From Phyllobates terribilis (taxonomy: Eukaryota): a stretch of DNA of 64,000 nucleotides. Shown in pieces: positions 1 through 13,213 of the stretch (positions are counted from its first letter, which is position 1; every line of letters starts with the position of its first letter). The position numbers and the translations under genes were made by a program. The stretch spans positions 56,668,001 through 56,732,000 of the forward strand of contig NW_027362768.1 of NCBI RefSeq assembly GCF_046119375.1. Reading direction: 5' to 3'. The notes beneath the pieces were generated by a model, which was not told the origin of the DNA, did not search any database, and saw nothing but the letters and a program-made list of their open reading frames with translations.

Positions 1-761
1 CCAAAAGGTCACTCCATAGTATTGGCCACTGAGTGGATCCCTTCAGCCTAACTTGCTGCACACTGGCTGTTGTAAAGTGTAATCCATATCTAGCAGCAAA
101 GATGGTAAAACGGATTATAGGACGAGGCTGTGGGTCTTAGTCTTTTTGTTCTTCCTCCTTTGTCTGTTAAACTATATAATGGCATAAAAAGTGGCAAGCT
201 GTAAGTTCAAGGCAGGCAAGCCATTACACTGTGGTAAGAGCAATGAATACTAGGAAATAAAAGAAAAGGAAGTTCCAGCATCTACAATGCTGACAGAGTG
301 CTGATGAAGAGGAACCGCACAATGAAAAAGAGTGGAAAGTTACAAATCATAAGAATCAGGAGAATTCCTTTATCTAATAGACTGAATGTGCCCAAATATT
401 TTTGGTGATGAACTCAGCAAGACCATGCTTCTCCATAGATTTTGTGTGAAACTACAGGTACACTTAAAAAATAGTACATCTCCAAATACAAGTCCGGATG
501 GTAGCAGTACATTCCAAGGAAGCTATGGGAAATTACATACTATATTATGGTAAATTTTCAGTGTTTTTACATCTTCTCTAAATCAGCCCTAAATTTACCT
601 GTAGGATTCCCCTTTACTTCCTATATGAAATACTGCATATTCAGAGTCTCCTTATTTTTTTTATTTTTTCAAAATCAAAATTACTTCTCGGGTTTTTTAT
701 AATCTTAGCATTATCTTTCAGAACTAACATCTATTTCTGAAATCCCTTTGCATGCTATGTA

Positions 762-2262
<1,501 letters not shown>

Positions 2263-2577
2263 TTTATGCTTTTATCTGTGGTTTTAAAAAATGTTGTATG
2301 CTTTAAAAAAGTAAACAGTGGTGCTGTAAGATAAAAACTAAAGATGAAGAAGCAGCTCACGGTGTGTCTACTGTTATGTCTAAACGTTTCAGTCTACATA
2401 CTGTCGGGAATGTGTCATTTCCTTATTTTTGAGGGCTTCAGACAGATAGACTGCCAGAGTAAAGAGGTTATATGTAGGGTGTGACAGTTATGGGATTCTT
2501 TGAACAACTTATGTTATTTTTAGCGGAAGCAAATTTATGTTTTCTAATAACTATGTCATTTGCACATTTACTCACAG

Positions 2578-2704
2578 ATATTGATGAATGCCTTCTACAA
2601 AATATTCAATGTGAGCCAAACCAGATGTGTTTTAACACGAGAGGAAGTCACCAATGCATTGATACCCCTTGCCCTCCAAATTACCTACGAGACTCTTCTT
2701 CTGG
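2578..2704 (+). CDS. HMCN1: Hemicentin-1 penultimate coding exon (calcium-binding EGF repeat)
   Basis: Acceptor CAG at 2575-2577 and donor GTATGT at 2705. Translates (D)[42 protein letters not shown], which matches the hemicentin-1 C-terminus as I recall it ([43 protein letters not shown]). Its phase-2 end is compatible with the exon at 36724. Confidence 0.95.
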
Positions 2705-3518
2705 GTATGTTACACTTTTATTTTATGTAGTCAAAAAAGTGTAATTGTATTTGTCATCCTTGTTAAAGGTATAGCTAACTTTCCCCCCAATACAGTCCTA
2801 AAACCTGTAGAGATGATCGAATGTTTTGAAATCCTTATCTGTTAGACTTCACAAATTTTTCCCAAATATTAAATTCACAGCAAATTGATTTTCTGCAAAT
2901 CGCAAAGCTTCCAGTAGTTTTTCCAATGTTTTAGGGCTCTCTCTCCATATCTTTTTTTGCTGAACATTGAGCTCTAATGTTCTCATCCTATCATAAATCA
3001 TGTAAAATGGCTGCTGCATTCCGTGACTCAGCTTTTATTTTGGCTATGATAGTCTCTCCTGATTGGCTGCTCTATACCATATGATGAGATAGCTGCAAGG
3101 CATTATGAAGAAGCCTGGGTGGTTGCAGCTGAGATCATGTGTGACTTCTGTGGCTGATGCAATCTTCTGCAATTTTTAAAATGGCAGTGAGCATTTTTTT
3201 TTTTTGCCATTTGCACAAATTGAATTTGACACTGTTCAAGTTTGCCAAAACCTGCAAATTTCATAAAACTCAAAACACATTCGATTTGCATCAAATTGAT
3301 TCTATCATCTGTGCATTTCCTCCACTGCACGGCGAATTGCAACTTTGAATTGAGTCATTGTTAAATAAGTAGGGTGTAAGGATCAAGAAACTATCTACCT
3401 TATATGCTATAGACAGTTTTGTCCTAATTTTTTTTATTGTTCATTCCTTTCTAAATGCACATCTAAGCAATATGTAAGTCTTCATTAAAAATTCCTATTA
3501 TTTTAATGCTGTGTTTAA

Positions 3519-3925
3519 AGGGGATATCTGGGACTTTAAAAAAAAAAAGTGCCTAAGCCCTAGATGCTACCTACCTTCCTGTTTTGCAAGGCACTGTTCT
3601 ACGCCAGCGTAGAGCGGTCATAGACTTCCGCTGATATCACGTCAACAGAGCGGCAGTTTGTCTTCCTGTTGACAGGGCGGGACTACTGGTGTCATGCCGA
3701 TTGACAGCTGACTCTCCGCTGCCTAATTGGGAAAGCCAGCTGTTAATCAGCATGATTCCAGTAGTCCCTCCCTGTCAAAAGGAAGAGAAACTGCTGCTCT
3801 GATGATAGGGAGCAGCTGAATCTCCGGCAGCAGCGGTCAATGACTGACACTAGGTATAACAGACAGGTAGTTGCCTCTGTTAGCAACTACATGCCTTTTT
3901 TTTTTATAAGTCCCTGATATTCCGT
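3519..3925. mobile_element. T2/Kolobok-type MITE
   Basis: Flanked by TTAA at 3515-3518 and 3926-3929. Imperfect TIRs AGGGGATATCTGGGACT and AGTCCCTGATATTCCGT. No coding capacity. Confidence 0.7.
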
Positions 3926-4335
3926 TTAAGTCCTCATCTAGCTGCTGCTGTGCACAGTGTCATATAAATCCCTTAAGATTTCTCTCAGTGGGAAAAACAA
4001 GAAAATCTTGTAGCTATGACACCTTTTAAAGGGAATCTGTCACCACTTTGGAGTTATCAGACCTCTACTATGGGTATACAGGGTATAGAAAAGTAAATCT
4101 ATACATACCTGTATGGCCCATAGTAGAAGTTTGATTGCAGAGAAATCGGTTTTTATAAACTCTGTTTTTTATAGGCTTGGCGTCCGGGGGACGCCAAGGA
4201 ATCATGGCCTATGTGCTTATTATTCCCCCAAATCCCCACCTATATGCTTAATTATCATATTCATCCCCTCCCTTGCACGTCACAGGACCCTGTCACGTGC
4301 ACTGTGCTCCCTGACTTCCCTCTTCCTCTTCCAAT

Positions 4336-4950
4336 GTGGTGTACTTAATTCTGTGCACTATATATTGTATTGGTGGTCTCTATGTGGGAGAAACAGGACA
4401 GAAACTGAGAGCAAGGATGAGATCTCATCACCACACGATTACAGATAAAAATACCTGTGTACCGGTGGCCAAACATTTCTGTAGTCCAGGACACTACATC
4501 AACAATATGAAAGTTGTCATATTAAAAGGCAACTTTAAATCACAAAAACATCAAAGGGTTTGGAAATACAAACTCATTAGAGTCTCTGATACATTCCACA
4601 CAGGAGGATTTATGACTCACTTTAATATCTAAGAATCTGTGTCAGAGACAGGAGGGCACCAGGCTTCTGATCTTACATGGATATTGGGACCATAAAACTT
4701 TCACACCACTAATCTAATCCAATTAGGAATTCACTCTCTAAGCTCAGTTTGTTTGTTTATTTAAATGTCCATTTATTATGCCATGTCTCTGCCTTTTTTT
4801 GCTTTGTTTTGTGCATATATTTGTGTTTCTTCAGATATTTTGCTATACCATGCCTAAGGAAGGGACCTAAGAAGTCCTGAAAACTTGCTTTGTAACATCA
4901 TTTATTTTATTTTTGGTTAGCTATTAAAAGGTATCATAACTACAAGATTA
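4336..4950 (+). mobile_element. Penelope-like element 3' remnant (GIY-YIG endonuclease plus pLTR-like tail)
   Basis: ORF 4336-4632 reads VYLILC...GLYVGETGQKLRARMRSH...VAKHF, the GIY-YIG signature of Penelope elements. It is followed by a hammerhead-like motif at 4854-4882 and an ATTAAA signal. Confidence 0.85.
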
Positions 4951-5302
4951 TCTTGTTTTTCCCACTGAGAGCAATCTTTTTTCAACTGGTTAACATGTTA
5001 CCAAACCCTTTTTTTCTTTTAAATAAATCCCTAACACTTTTGTTCCTGGCTTTGACAATTTACTCTGCTTGCCCTCTAATTTTCTTGACAAAGATAGCAG
5101 TCCCTGAGAGGTTTTTCAAGGCAGATCAAAGAGTGGAATTGGTAGGGTAGCATTCAAGCTATTACTGAGGGTACCTCACACAGGCTTTAGATAGGGAAGA
5201 AATCCTTCATAAGCAGGAAGGAAGCTGCACTAGTACAAGAGAAGAAAAGTCAGCAGCTTCCTAGGCAAACAGATCTTACACCCTCACACCTCTATTTATT
5301 TT

Positions 5303-5738
5303 TGTTATGATCTGCAACAAGTACTAAGGAAAAATAGGGGAAAGCTGTCCCTACAGTAAGACTAAGCTGAATCCCTATGATGTAGCGGGCAGCCTGTTCC
5401 TAGTGAACAGACCTGCCTTTGTCCTTGGCTAGTGTGAACGAAGACCTATAGCATAAGCGGAGGGGTCTCTAAAAGAACTAAGGACTTGCACAAAAATGGG
5501 ACACCTCCTAAACAGAGAAGTTGTTGCAGAACACAAAAAGACAAACTGACAAAAAGGTACTAGAGGTTCCAGAAGGACCAAGCAAACTGACAGAGAAAGG
5601 CACAGAAGCACCTGGCTAGAGAAACATTCAAACACTGAAGTCCAGCACAGCCAAAAGGGCGGAGCTGGAATATAAAGGCAGATGGTCATGTGACCGCAAA
5701 ACACAAGATGGAAAAAAACAAACAGGAGGGTTCTAACA
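5303..5738 (-). repeat. 3' LTR of Gypsy element 1
   Basis: Direct repeat of 9859-10312, with about 20 substitutions and one ~18-bp indel by eye. Confidence 0.95.
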
Positions 5739-5751
5739 GTACCCCCCTCTT

Positions 5752-8700
5752 TTATGAGGATCCTCCGGATCCTCCAGGTCCAGGCCTATCCGGAAACCTC
5801 TTGTGGAAAGCTTTAACAAGCCTAGGAGCTGAGACATCATCCGTCCTTACCCAGGAGTGGTCTTCAGGACTGAAACCCTTCCAGGAGACAAGATACTGTA
5901 ATCTCCCTCTATGCCATCTAGAATTCAAGATACGAGAAATTTCATATTCGCCATCTTCCACCACAGGAGGAACTGTGACAGTGGCATCCCTATCTGACAC
6001 ATCAGCCTTTTTCAACAAGGAAACCTGAAACACAGTATTAATCTTCCAGGAAGTAGGGACATCCAACCTAACAGCAGATGGGTTAACAACCTGAAGCACC
6101 TTAAATGCAACCCACAAACTTAGGACCCAGTTTTTTAGAGGGAATCCTCAACCGCAGGTTCTTTGAGGACAATCAAACCATGTCACCCACAGTAAACAAA
6201 ACCTCCTTACGTTTCCTGTCAAAATACTTTTTGGACTTCTTGTTAGCCTCTTAAAGGTGGCAATGTACATTAGTCCAAACTCTCTCCAAATCACCGGAAA
6301 AATTCTTCTCCTCCGGCACTGCCGACCCCAATTTGTAGAACGAACCAAAAGACGGATGTCTCCCAGTACAACAAAAAAAAGGAGAACACCCAGCAGAGGA
6401 GGATATATGATTGTTAAGAGAAAATTCCGAAGGGAGGCAGAAACTCAGACCACACCTCTTGATTGTCCGCCACAAAACAACGCAAAAACTGTTCTACATC
6501 CTGGTTCTTTCTTTCAGTCTGTCCATTAGACTCAGGATGATACCCAGACGAAAATGACAAATGGACTCCCAACCTGTCACAAAAGGCACGCCAAAAGCGA
6601 GCCACAAACTGGGGTCCTCTATCAGAAAAAATATACGTGGGAACGCTATGAAGCTTGACAATCTCCTTAACAAACGCCTTAGCGAGTGTCTTGGCACAGG
6701 GCAACTTAATGAATGGAACCAAATGACACAACTTATTAAAACAGTCCACGACCACCCAGATGACAGTAAAACCCTCGGACACAGGAAGATCAGTAATAAT
6801 ATCCATTGTGAGATGCGTCCAAGGTGCACTAGGAACCTCCAGAGGGCAAAGCAACCCCGCAGCAGGAGTATGTGAAGCCTTTGACCTAGCACACACAGTA
6901 CATTGACACACCCACTTGATGACTTCTTTCTGCCATCCAGGCCACCAAAAACTGTGACTGATAAGTCTCTTAGTCTCAGAAATTCCTGGATGACCTGCCA
7001 ACTGAGACTCATGACACTCCACAAACAAATCTCTCCTAAATGTTCTAGGCACGAACAACCTCCCATGGGGAGTGTTAGATGGGGCATCATCTTGAGCTTT
7101 CAGAATCCCATCCTCCAAAACGGAGTCCAATGCCGCCACCACAACTGCTTTCAGTAAAATGCTCTCCTCCTCCTTGGCACCGACCGTAGGAGAGAAGCTG
7201 CGAGATAAAGCATCGACTTTAACATTCTTAGTACCAGGGATATAGGTAACAGGAAAATGAAACCGAGAAACAAAAAAGTGCCCACCTAGCTTGATGGGCA
7301 TTCAAGCGCTTGGCAGCATCCAAATAGATCAAATTCTTATGATCTGTGAAAACCTGAATAGGAAATCTAGCGATTTCCAAAAAATGACGCCAATGTTCAA
7401 ACGCGAGTTTAATAGCCAGCAACTCCCAATTCCCAACATCATAATTCAGTTCGGTTTCGGAAATTTTTTTTGAAAAGAAGGCACAAGGATGTGCTCCATC
7501 CCTGTTCTCCTGAGACAAAACTGCTCCGACCCCCACCAATGAAGCATCGACCTCAACCAAAAAAGGCTTGGTCTCATCAGGCTGCATAAGGAAAGGGGCA
7601 GAACTGAACCTCTCTTTGCGATACTTAAACGCTTCAATGGCCTCAGTAGTCCACTGGACCGTATTCGCACCTTTCCTGGTGAGATTGGTTAAAGGTTTAA
7701 CAATTACATAAAAATTCTTAATGAATTTCCTGTAATAATTGGCAAAACCCAAAAATCTCTGTAGAGATTTCAAACCAACAGGCCTAGGCCATTCCTGCAC
7801 AGCCTGAACCTTCACAGGGTCCATCTCAAAGCCCTCGCTGGAGACAATGTAGCCCAAAAAACTAATTTTCTGCACAGCAAACTCACATTTCTCCAGCTTA
7901 GCAAAGAGTGAATTATCACTCAATAACTGCAAAACTTCACGTACACTCTGCCAATGGGACTCTAGATCTGGTGAATAAATCAAAATGTCATCCAAATACA
8001 CAACCACATTCTTACCAATCAAAGGTCTCAGGATGTCATTAATAAGGTTCTGAAAAAGTGCAGGTGCATTGGTAAGACCAAAAGGCATCAGCAGATTCTC
8101 AAAATGACCTACCGGAGTTTTAAAAGAAGTTTTCCATTCATCACCCTCCTTCACTCATAACAAATTGTATGCCCCCCGGAGATCAATTTTAGAGAACCAC
8201 TTGGCCCCCACTAACTGGTTAAACAAGTCAGGAATTAACGGCAATGGGTAGGAATTGCGTATGGTAATCTTATTAATTTCACGAAAATCCAGACATGGAC
8301 GTAAACCGCCGCCCTTTTTTTTAACAAACAAAAATCCAACTGCCACAGGCGACTTAGAAGGTCTAATGTGACCAGCAGCCAGGCTAGTCTGTATGTATTC
8401 CTCCAAGGCCTTTCTTTCAGGGATAGTCAGATTAAACAAGCGACTCTTGGGAAGAGTAGCTCCCGGAACAAACTCAATGGCGCAATCATAATCCCTATGA
8501 GGAGGTAAAACTTGTGACTCCTCCTCCGAAAAAACCCTCCAAAAATCTTGAATAGGTACAGGTAATTCCCCTTTTTCCACAGCTGCAATGCGACTATTAC
8601 AACATTTATCATAGCACTTCGGACTCCAAGACTTAATCACATTAGTAGACCAGTCCAGTAAAGTTTTTAACCAAGGCAATCCTAGAACAACCGGAGAGTG

Positions 8701-9766
8701 TAAATTATCTAATACAAACAAGTCCAAAATTTCTTGGTGAACTCCATTGATAGTGAGGGGAAATGCAGCAACCTTGTGAGTAATATATTTCAAGGGAGTG
8801 TTATCAATTGCAATCACAGAAATAGGTGATGACAAAGGTTTGGATTTCAATTTAAGGTTTTCCAAGAACCCTTTATCAATCATATTAAGTGTTGAACCAC
8901 AATCAACAAATACCTGAAATTCAATCAAATATTCCTGCAAAGTAGTACTCCCAGAAAGAAATACGCCTGCAGAGTGTAAACAAGCAATACGGGCGTACCT
9001 GACCTTTTTTTTTCTTTATTTAAACGAAGCACACAATCCTTAATCAAATGGTCAGCTTTACCACAATAAAGACACAATCCCTCAGCAAACCTCCGGTCTC
9101 TTTCCTGAGAGCAGAGTGACATCGCCCCAACCTCCATCGTTCTTTGCCGTCTGAGCAGATTTTCTGGGGACTAGGACCTGACATTACAGGAGTTTTTACC
9201 TCATTCAGCCTGAACCTTAGCCTCCTGTCCACACGAACAGCTAATTGCATGGCATCCTGCAGAGTCTCAGGTGCAGGGAATGCAATTAGCAGATCCTTAA
9301 CCCTTTCACTCAGACCAGCAAGAAATAAACATTTCAGAGCAGGATCATTCCATAAGACTTCTGAAGCCCATCTTCTGAAGTGTGTGCAATAATTTTCAAC
9401 ATCACCTGACCCCTGATTCAAACGCCTGAGTTCTGCCTCAGCAGATGAGATTCTATCAGGATCGTCATATAATAGACCCATAGCAGAAAAAAATTCTTCT
9501 ACAGACCTTAAGCATGGATCATTAGGTTGGAGAGAAAAGGCCCACCCCTGTGGTTCATTGCGCAAAAGTGACATAATAAAACCAATGCGCTGTGATTCAT
9601 TCCCAGAGGACCTTGGTCTCAAACAAAAATATAACAAACAAGCATTTTTAAAGGAAAAAAAATCTTGCTGTTTACCATAAAAAACATCAGGCAGTCCTAC
9701 CTTGGGTTCCACAAAATGCGCTCCAGAACAGCCACTCACGTATTGCTGTAGATCGGCCACCTCCAC
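5752..9766 (-). pseudogene. gag-pol of Gypsy element 1 (fragmented)
   Basis: ORFs 9044-9766 (gag), 8925-9137 (CLYCGKADHLIKDC), 8155-8940 (protease/RT start), 7228-8154 (RT/RNase H), 6414-7301 (integrase) and 5752-6117 (chromodomain), in canonical order but different frames. Confidence 0.93.
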
Positions 9767-9858
9767 AGACTATCCCTGCAAGCGTTGAGCCAAATCCTGG
9801 ACGGAAACCATACTGATCCCCAAATTTCTTTCCTTTTAGTTTTTTGGGCTGGACTTAC

Positions 9859-10312
9859 TGTTATGATCTGCAACAAGTAGTAAGGAAAGATAGGGGAAAG
9901 CTGTCCCTACAGTAAGACTAAGCTGAATCCCTACCCAATCCCTACCTAGCCCAATGTAGCGGGCTACCTGTTCCTAGCGAACAGACCCGCCTTTGTCCTC
10001 GGCTAGTCTGAACGAAGACCTATAGCATAAGGGGAGGGGTCCCTAAAAGAACTAAGGACTGGGACAAAAATGGGACACCTCCTAAACAGAGAAGTTGTTG
10101 CAGAACACAAAAAGACAAACTGACAAAAAGGTACTAGAGGTCCCAGAAGGACCAAGCGAACTGACAGAGAAAGGCACAGAAGCATCTGCCTAGAGAAACA
10201 GTCAAACAGTGAAGTCCAGCACAGCCAAAAGGGCGGAGCTGGAATATAAAGACAGATGGTCATGTGTCCGCAAAACACAAGATGGAAAAAAACAAACAGG
10301 AGGGTTCTAACA
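9859..10312 (-). repeat. 5' LTR of Gypsy element 1
   Basis: Direct repeat of 5303-5738. Minus-strand TATA-like TTTATATT at 10243-10250. Confidence 0.95.
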
Positions 10313-10381
10313 ATTTTGTTGTTATGGGTGGGGCTAGAAACGGTGATGTGGATTGTCAGTGGCTTTTTTTTCCTCTTTAAG

Positions 10382-10545
10382 NNNNNNNNNNNNNNNNNNN
10401 NNNNNNNNNNNNNNNNNNNNNNNNNNNNNNNNNNNNNNNNNNNNNNNNNNNNNNNNNNNNNNNNNNNNNNNNNNNNNNNNNNNNNNNNNNNNNNNNNNNN
10501 NNNNNNNNNNNNNNNNNNNNNNNNNNNNNNNNNNNNNNNNNNNNN
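10382..10545. other. Assembly gap (164 N)
   Basis: Run of N characters. Confidence 1.
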
Positions 10546-10689
10546 TAAATAGATGATTTATTAGCTCAGCAAGAGCTGTGGCAACGTTTCGGCTGAATAC
10601 AGCCTTTCTCAAGCAAAAAAGCTTGAAAAAGGCTGTATTCAGCCGAAACGTTGCCACAGCTCTTGCTGAGCTAATAAATCATCTATTTA
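10546..10689. repeat. Near-perfect 144-bp palindrome (69-bp arms, A6 loop), probably a Penelope-type terminus
   Basis: 10546-10614 is the reverse complement of 10621-10689 with one mismatch. Each arm carries CTTGA(G/A)AAAGGCTGTATTCAGCCGAAACG followed by AATAAA. Confidence 0.85.
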
Positions 10690-10831
10690 TGGAGTGCTGT
10701 TTCTACTATTTTTTTCATGTGCAAGAAGGTTTGGTATTTACCTGAGGACGTGCACCCACCCATTTACAAGTTGTTTGCTTGTGCTGCTCTTTTTCTTTTT
10801 TTTCCTTCTTTTTCTTCCTCTTCTTTTTTAT

Positions 10832-11690
10832 CTTTGCTCAAAAAAATAAAGGGAGCACTCAAATAACACATCCTAGATCTGAATGAATGAAATATTCTCA
10901 TTGAATACTTTGTTCTGCACAAAGTTGAATGTGCTGACAACAAAATCACACAAAAATCATCAGTGGAAATCAAATTTATTAACCAATGAAGGCCTGGATT
11001 TGGAGTCACCCCCAAAATTAAAGTGGAAAAACACACTACAGCCTCATCCAACTTTGATGTTATGTCCTTAAAACAAGTCAAAATGAGGCTCAATATTGTG
11101 TGTGGCCTCCACGTGCCTGTATAACCTCCCTACAACGCCTGGGCATGCTCCTGATGAGGTTCAGATGGTCTGTGGGATCTTCTCCCAAACCTGGACTAAA
11201 GCATCCGCCAACTCCTGGACAGTCTGTGGTGCAACGTGACATTGGTGGATGCAGCGAGACATGATGTCCCAGATGTGCTCAATCAGATTCAGGTCTGGGG
11301 AACGGGGGGGGGGCAGTCCATAGCATCAATGCCTTCATCTTGCAGGAACGACTGACACACTCCAGCCACATGAGGTCTGGCATTGTCCTGCATTAGGTGG
11401 AACCCAGGGCCAACCGCACCAGCATATGGTCTCACAAGGGGTCTGAGGATCTCATCTTGGTACCTAATGGCAGCCAGGCTACCTCTGGCGAGCACATGGA
11501 GGGCTGTGCGGCCCTCCAAAGAAATGCCACCCCACACCATTACTGACTCACTGCCAAACCGGTCATGCTGAAGGATGTTGCAGGCAGCAGATCGCTTTCC
11601 ACGGCATCTCCAGACTCTGTCACGTCTGTCACGTGTGCTCAATATGAACCTGCTTTCATCTGTGAAGAGCACAGGGTGCCAGTGGCAACT
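10832..11690 (-). mobile_element. Tc1 transposon, 3' half
   Basis: Terminus TGCTCAAAAAAATAAAGGG. ORF 11289-11672 contains LFTDESRF...VMVWGGIS...LMQDNARPH, the Tc1 DDE domain. Confidence 0.9.
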
Positions 11691-11694
11691 TTGC

Positions 11695-12760
11695 TGTTAC
11701 AGATCCGGGTGGTGGAACCTCTGTGCTGCGGTGCAAGGAGGGACCAGCATAACTAGGTATCCACTCGGGTTGACCAAGGTCGTACAGCGGCTCAATCGAC
11801 TCTGTGACCAGGGAAGGACTGAGCAGAGGGACCAGGTGCTACTCTGGGCCAGACCTTGTATGAGAGCAGGTGACTCCCACGGGTCAGAAGGCAGGGACTG
11901 ACCAGTACAGCAGATGAGCACGGCAGGCAGGCTGACGGGTGATTCGGCTAGACGGACTGGCAGACACGGCAGGTAACAAGCTGGAGCCTCCAGGTAGGCT
12001 GGCTGGTAGGCACGGCAGGTAACAAGCAGGAGCCTCCAGGTAGGCTGGCTGGTAGGTACGGCAGGTAACAAGCAGGAGCCTCCGGGTAGGCTGGCTGGAA
12101 GGCATGGCAGGTAACAGGCCGGTGCTTCCAGGTAAGCAGGTGGGTAGAGCCCAAAGACAGACTGGCAGACTGGACTGTAGACAGACTGTCAGGCTGGAGA
12201 GTAGTCAGGCTGGCAGATTGAACTGTTAATCAGGCTGGCGGACACAACTGGTTGTCAGGCTGGCGGACTGGACTGGTAGTCAGGCTGGCGGACTGGACTG
12301 GTAGTCAGGCTAGCGGACTGGACTGGTAGTCAGGCTGGCGGACTGGACTGGAAGTCAGGCTGGCGGACTGAACTGGAAGTCAGGCTGGTGGACTGGACTG
12401 GTAGTCAGGCTGGCAGCGGGACCTGAGGGCTGAAGCAGAGTGTAACACACAAAGCTACAACCTTGCACGGGCACCTCCATTTTGGAGGAGGTGCCTTTTA
12501 TATGAGAGGTCCTCTGGCCATTGGCCGGGGACTCCTTAGGACGGCGCGAGCGGCCCCTTTAAGAGGGAGGGAGCGCGCGCGCCCTAAGCACAGTGCCCGG
12601 GAAGCTGCGCGCGCCGACAGCAGCAGAAGCAGGAACGTCGGAGGATGCCGAGCGGGGAGCGCGGCGGTAAGAGGGTCGGCGTCTCTGCCTGTCAGGGGGC
12701 AGAGACGCCGATACTACAGTACCCCCCCCTTTATGCCCCCTCTTTTTTAGGCCTGAAAGA
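11695..12760 (-). mobile_element. Gypsy LTR (~1 kb) with PPT and short internal stub; same family as the LTR at 48546
   Basis: TGTTACA...TACTACA ends at 11695 and 12718. Polypurine tract (minus strand) at 12719-12745. Internal GC-rich minisatellites. Reverse complement aligns with 48546-49323. Confidence 0.85.
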
Positions 12761-13213
12761 CATTTTGTCTGGGACATCATGTCTCACTCCATCTACCAAC
12801 GTCACGTTGCACCACAGACTGTTCAGGAGTTGGCGGATGCTTTAGTCCAGGTCTGGGAGGAGATCCCACAGGAGACCATCCGCAACCTCATCAGGAGCAT
12901 GCCCAGGTGTTGTAGGGAGGTCATACAGGCACGTGGAGGCCACACACAATACTGAGCCTCATTTTGATTTGTTTTAAGGACATTACATCAAAGTTGGATC
13001 AGCCTGTAGTGTGTTTTTCCACTTTAATTTTGGGGGTGACTCCAAGTCCAGGCCTCCATTGGTTAATAAATTTGATTTCCATTGATGATTTTTGTGTGAT
13101 TTTCTTGTCAGCACATTCAGCTTTGTACAGAACAAAGTATTCAATGAGAATATTTCATTCATTCAGATCTAGGATGTGTTATTTGAGTATTACCTTTATT
13201 TTTTTGAGCAGTG
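12760..13213 (+). mobile_element. Tc1 transposon, 3' end (inverted relative to 10832-11280)
   Basis: Ends ...TTTTTTTGAGCAGTG|TA. Reverse complement of 10832-11280. Confidence 0.88.

Larger units (their letters stand above)
5303..10312 (-). mobile_element. Full-length but mutated Gypsy chromovirus (Tf1/sushi-type) LTR retrotransposon
   Basis: LTRs at 5303-5738 and 9859-10312 with TG...CA ends. 5-bp TSD ATTTT at 5298-5302 and 10313-10317. PPT beside 5739. Minus-strand gag (9044-9766), CCHC knuckle, protease-like region (FVDCGST), RT (YLDD), RNase H, integrase (HxxxGHPG...CxxC) and chromodomain (YLVSWKGFSPEDHSW), split by frameshifts and stops. Confidence 0.96.

Noticed and set aside
1-760. Additional upstream HMCN1 exon
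   Set aside because: No Cys-patterned EGF reading frame with flanking splice sites was found; the preceding exon is presumably outside the window.
5429-5704. Duplicated 91-aa ORF (also 10003-10278)
   Set aside because: Lies wholly within the two LTRs; the duplication reflects LTR identity, not a gene.
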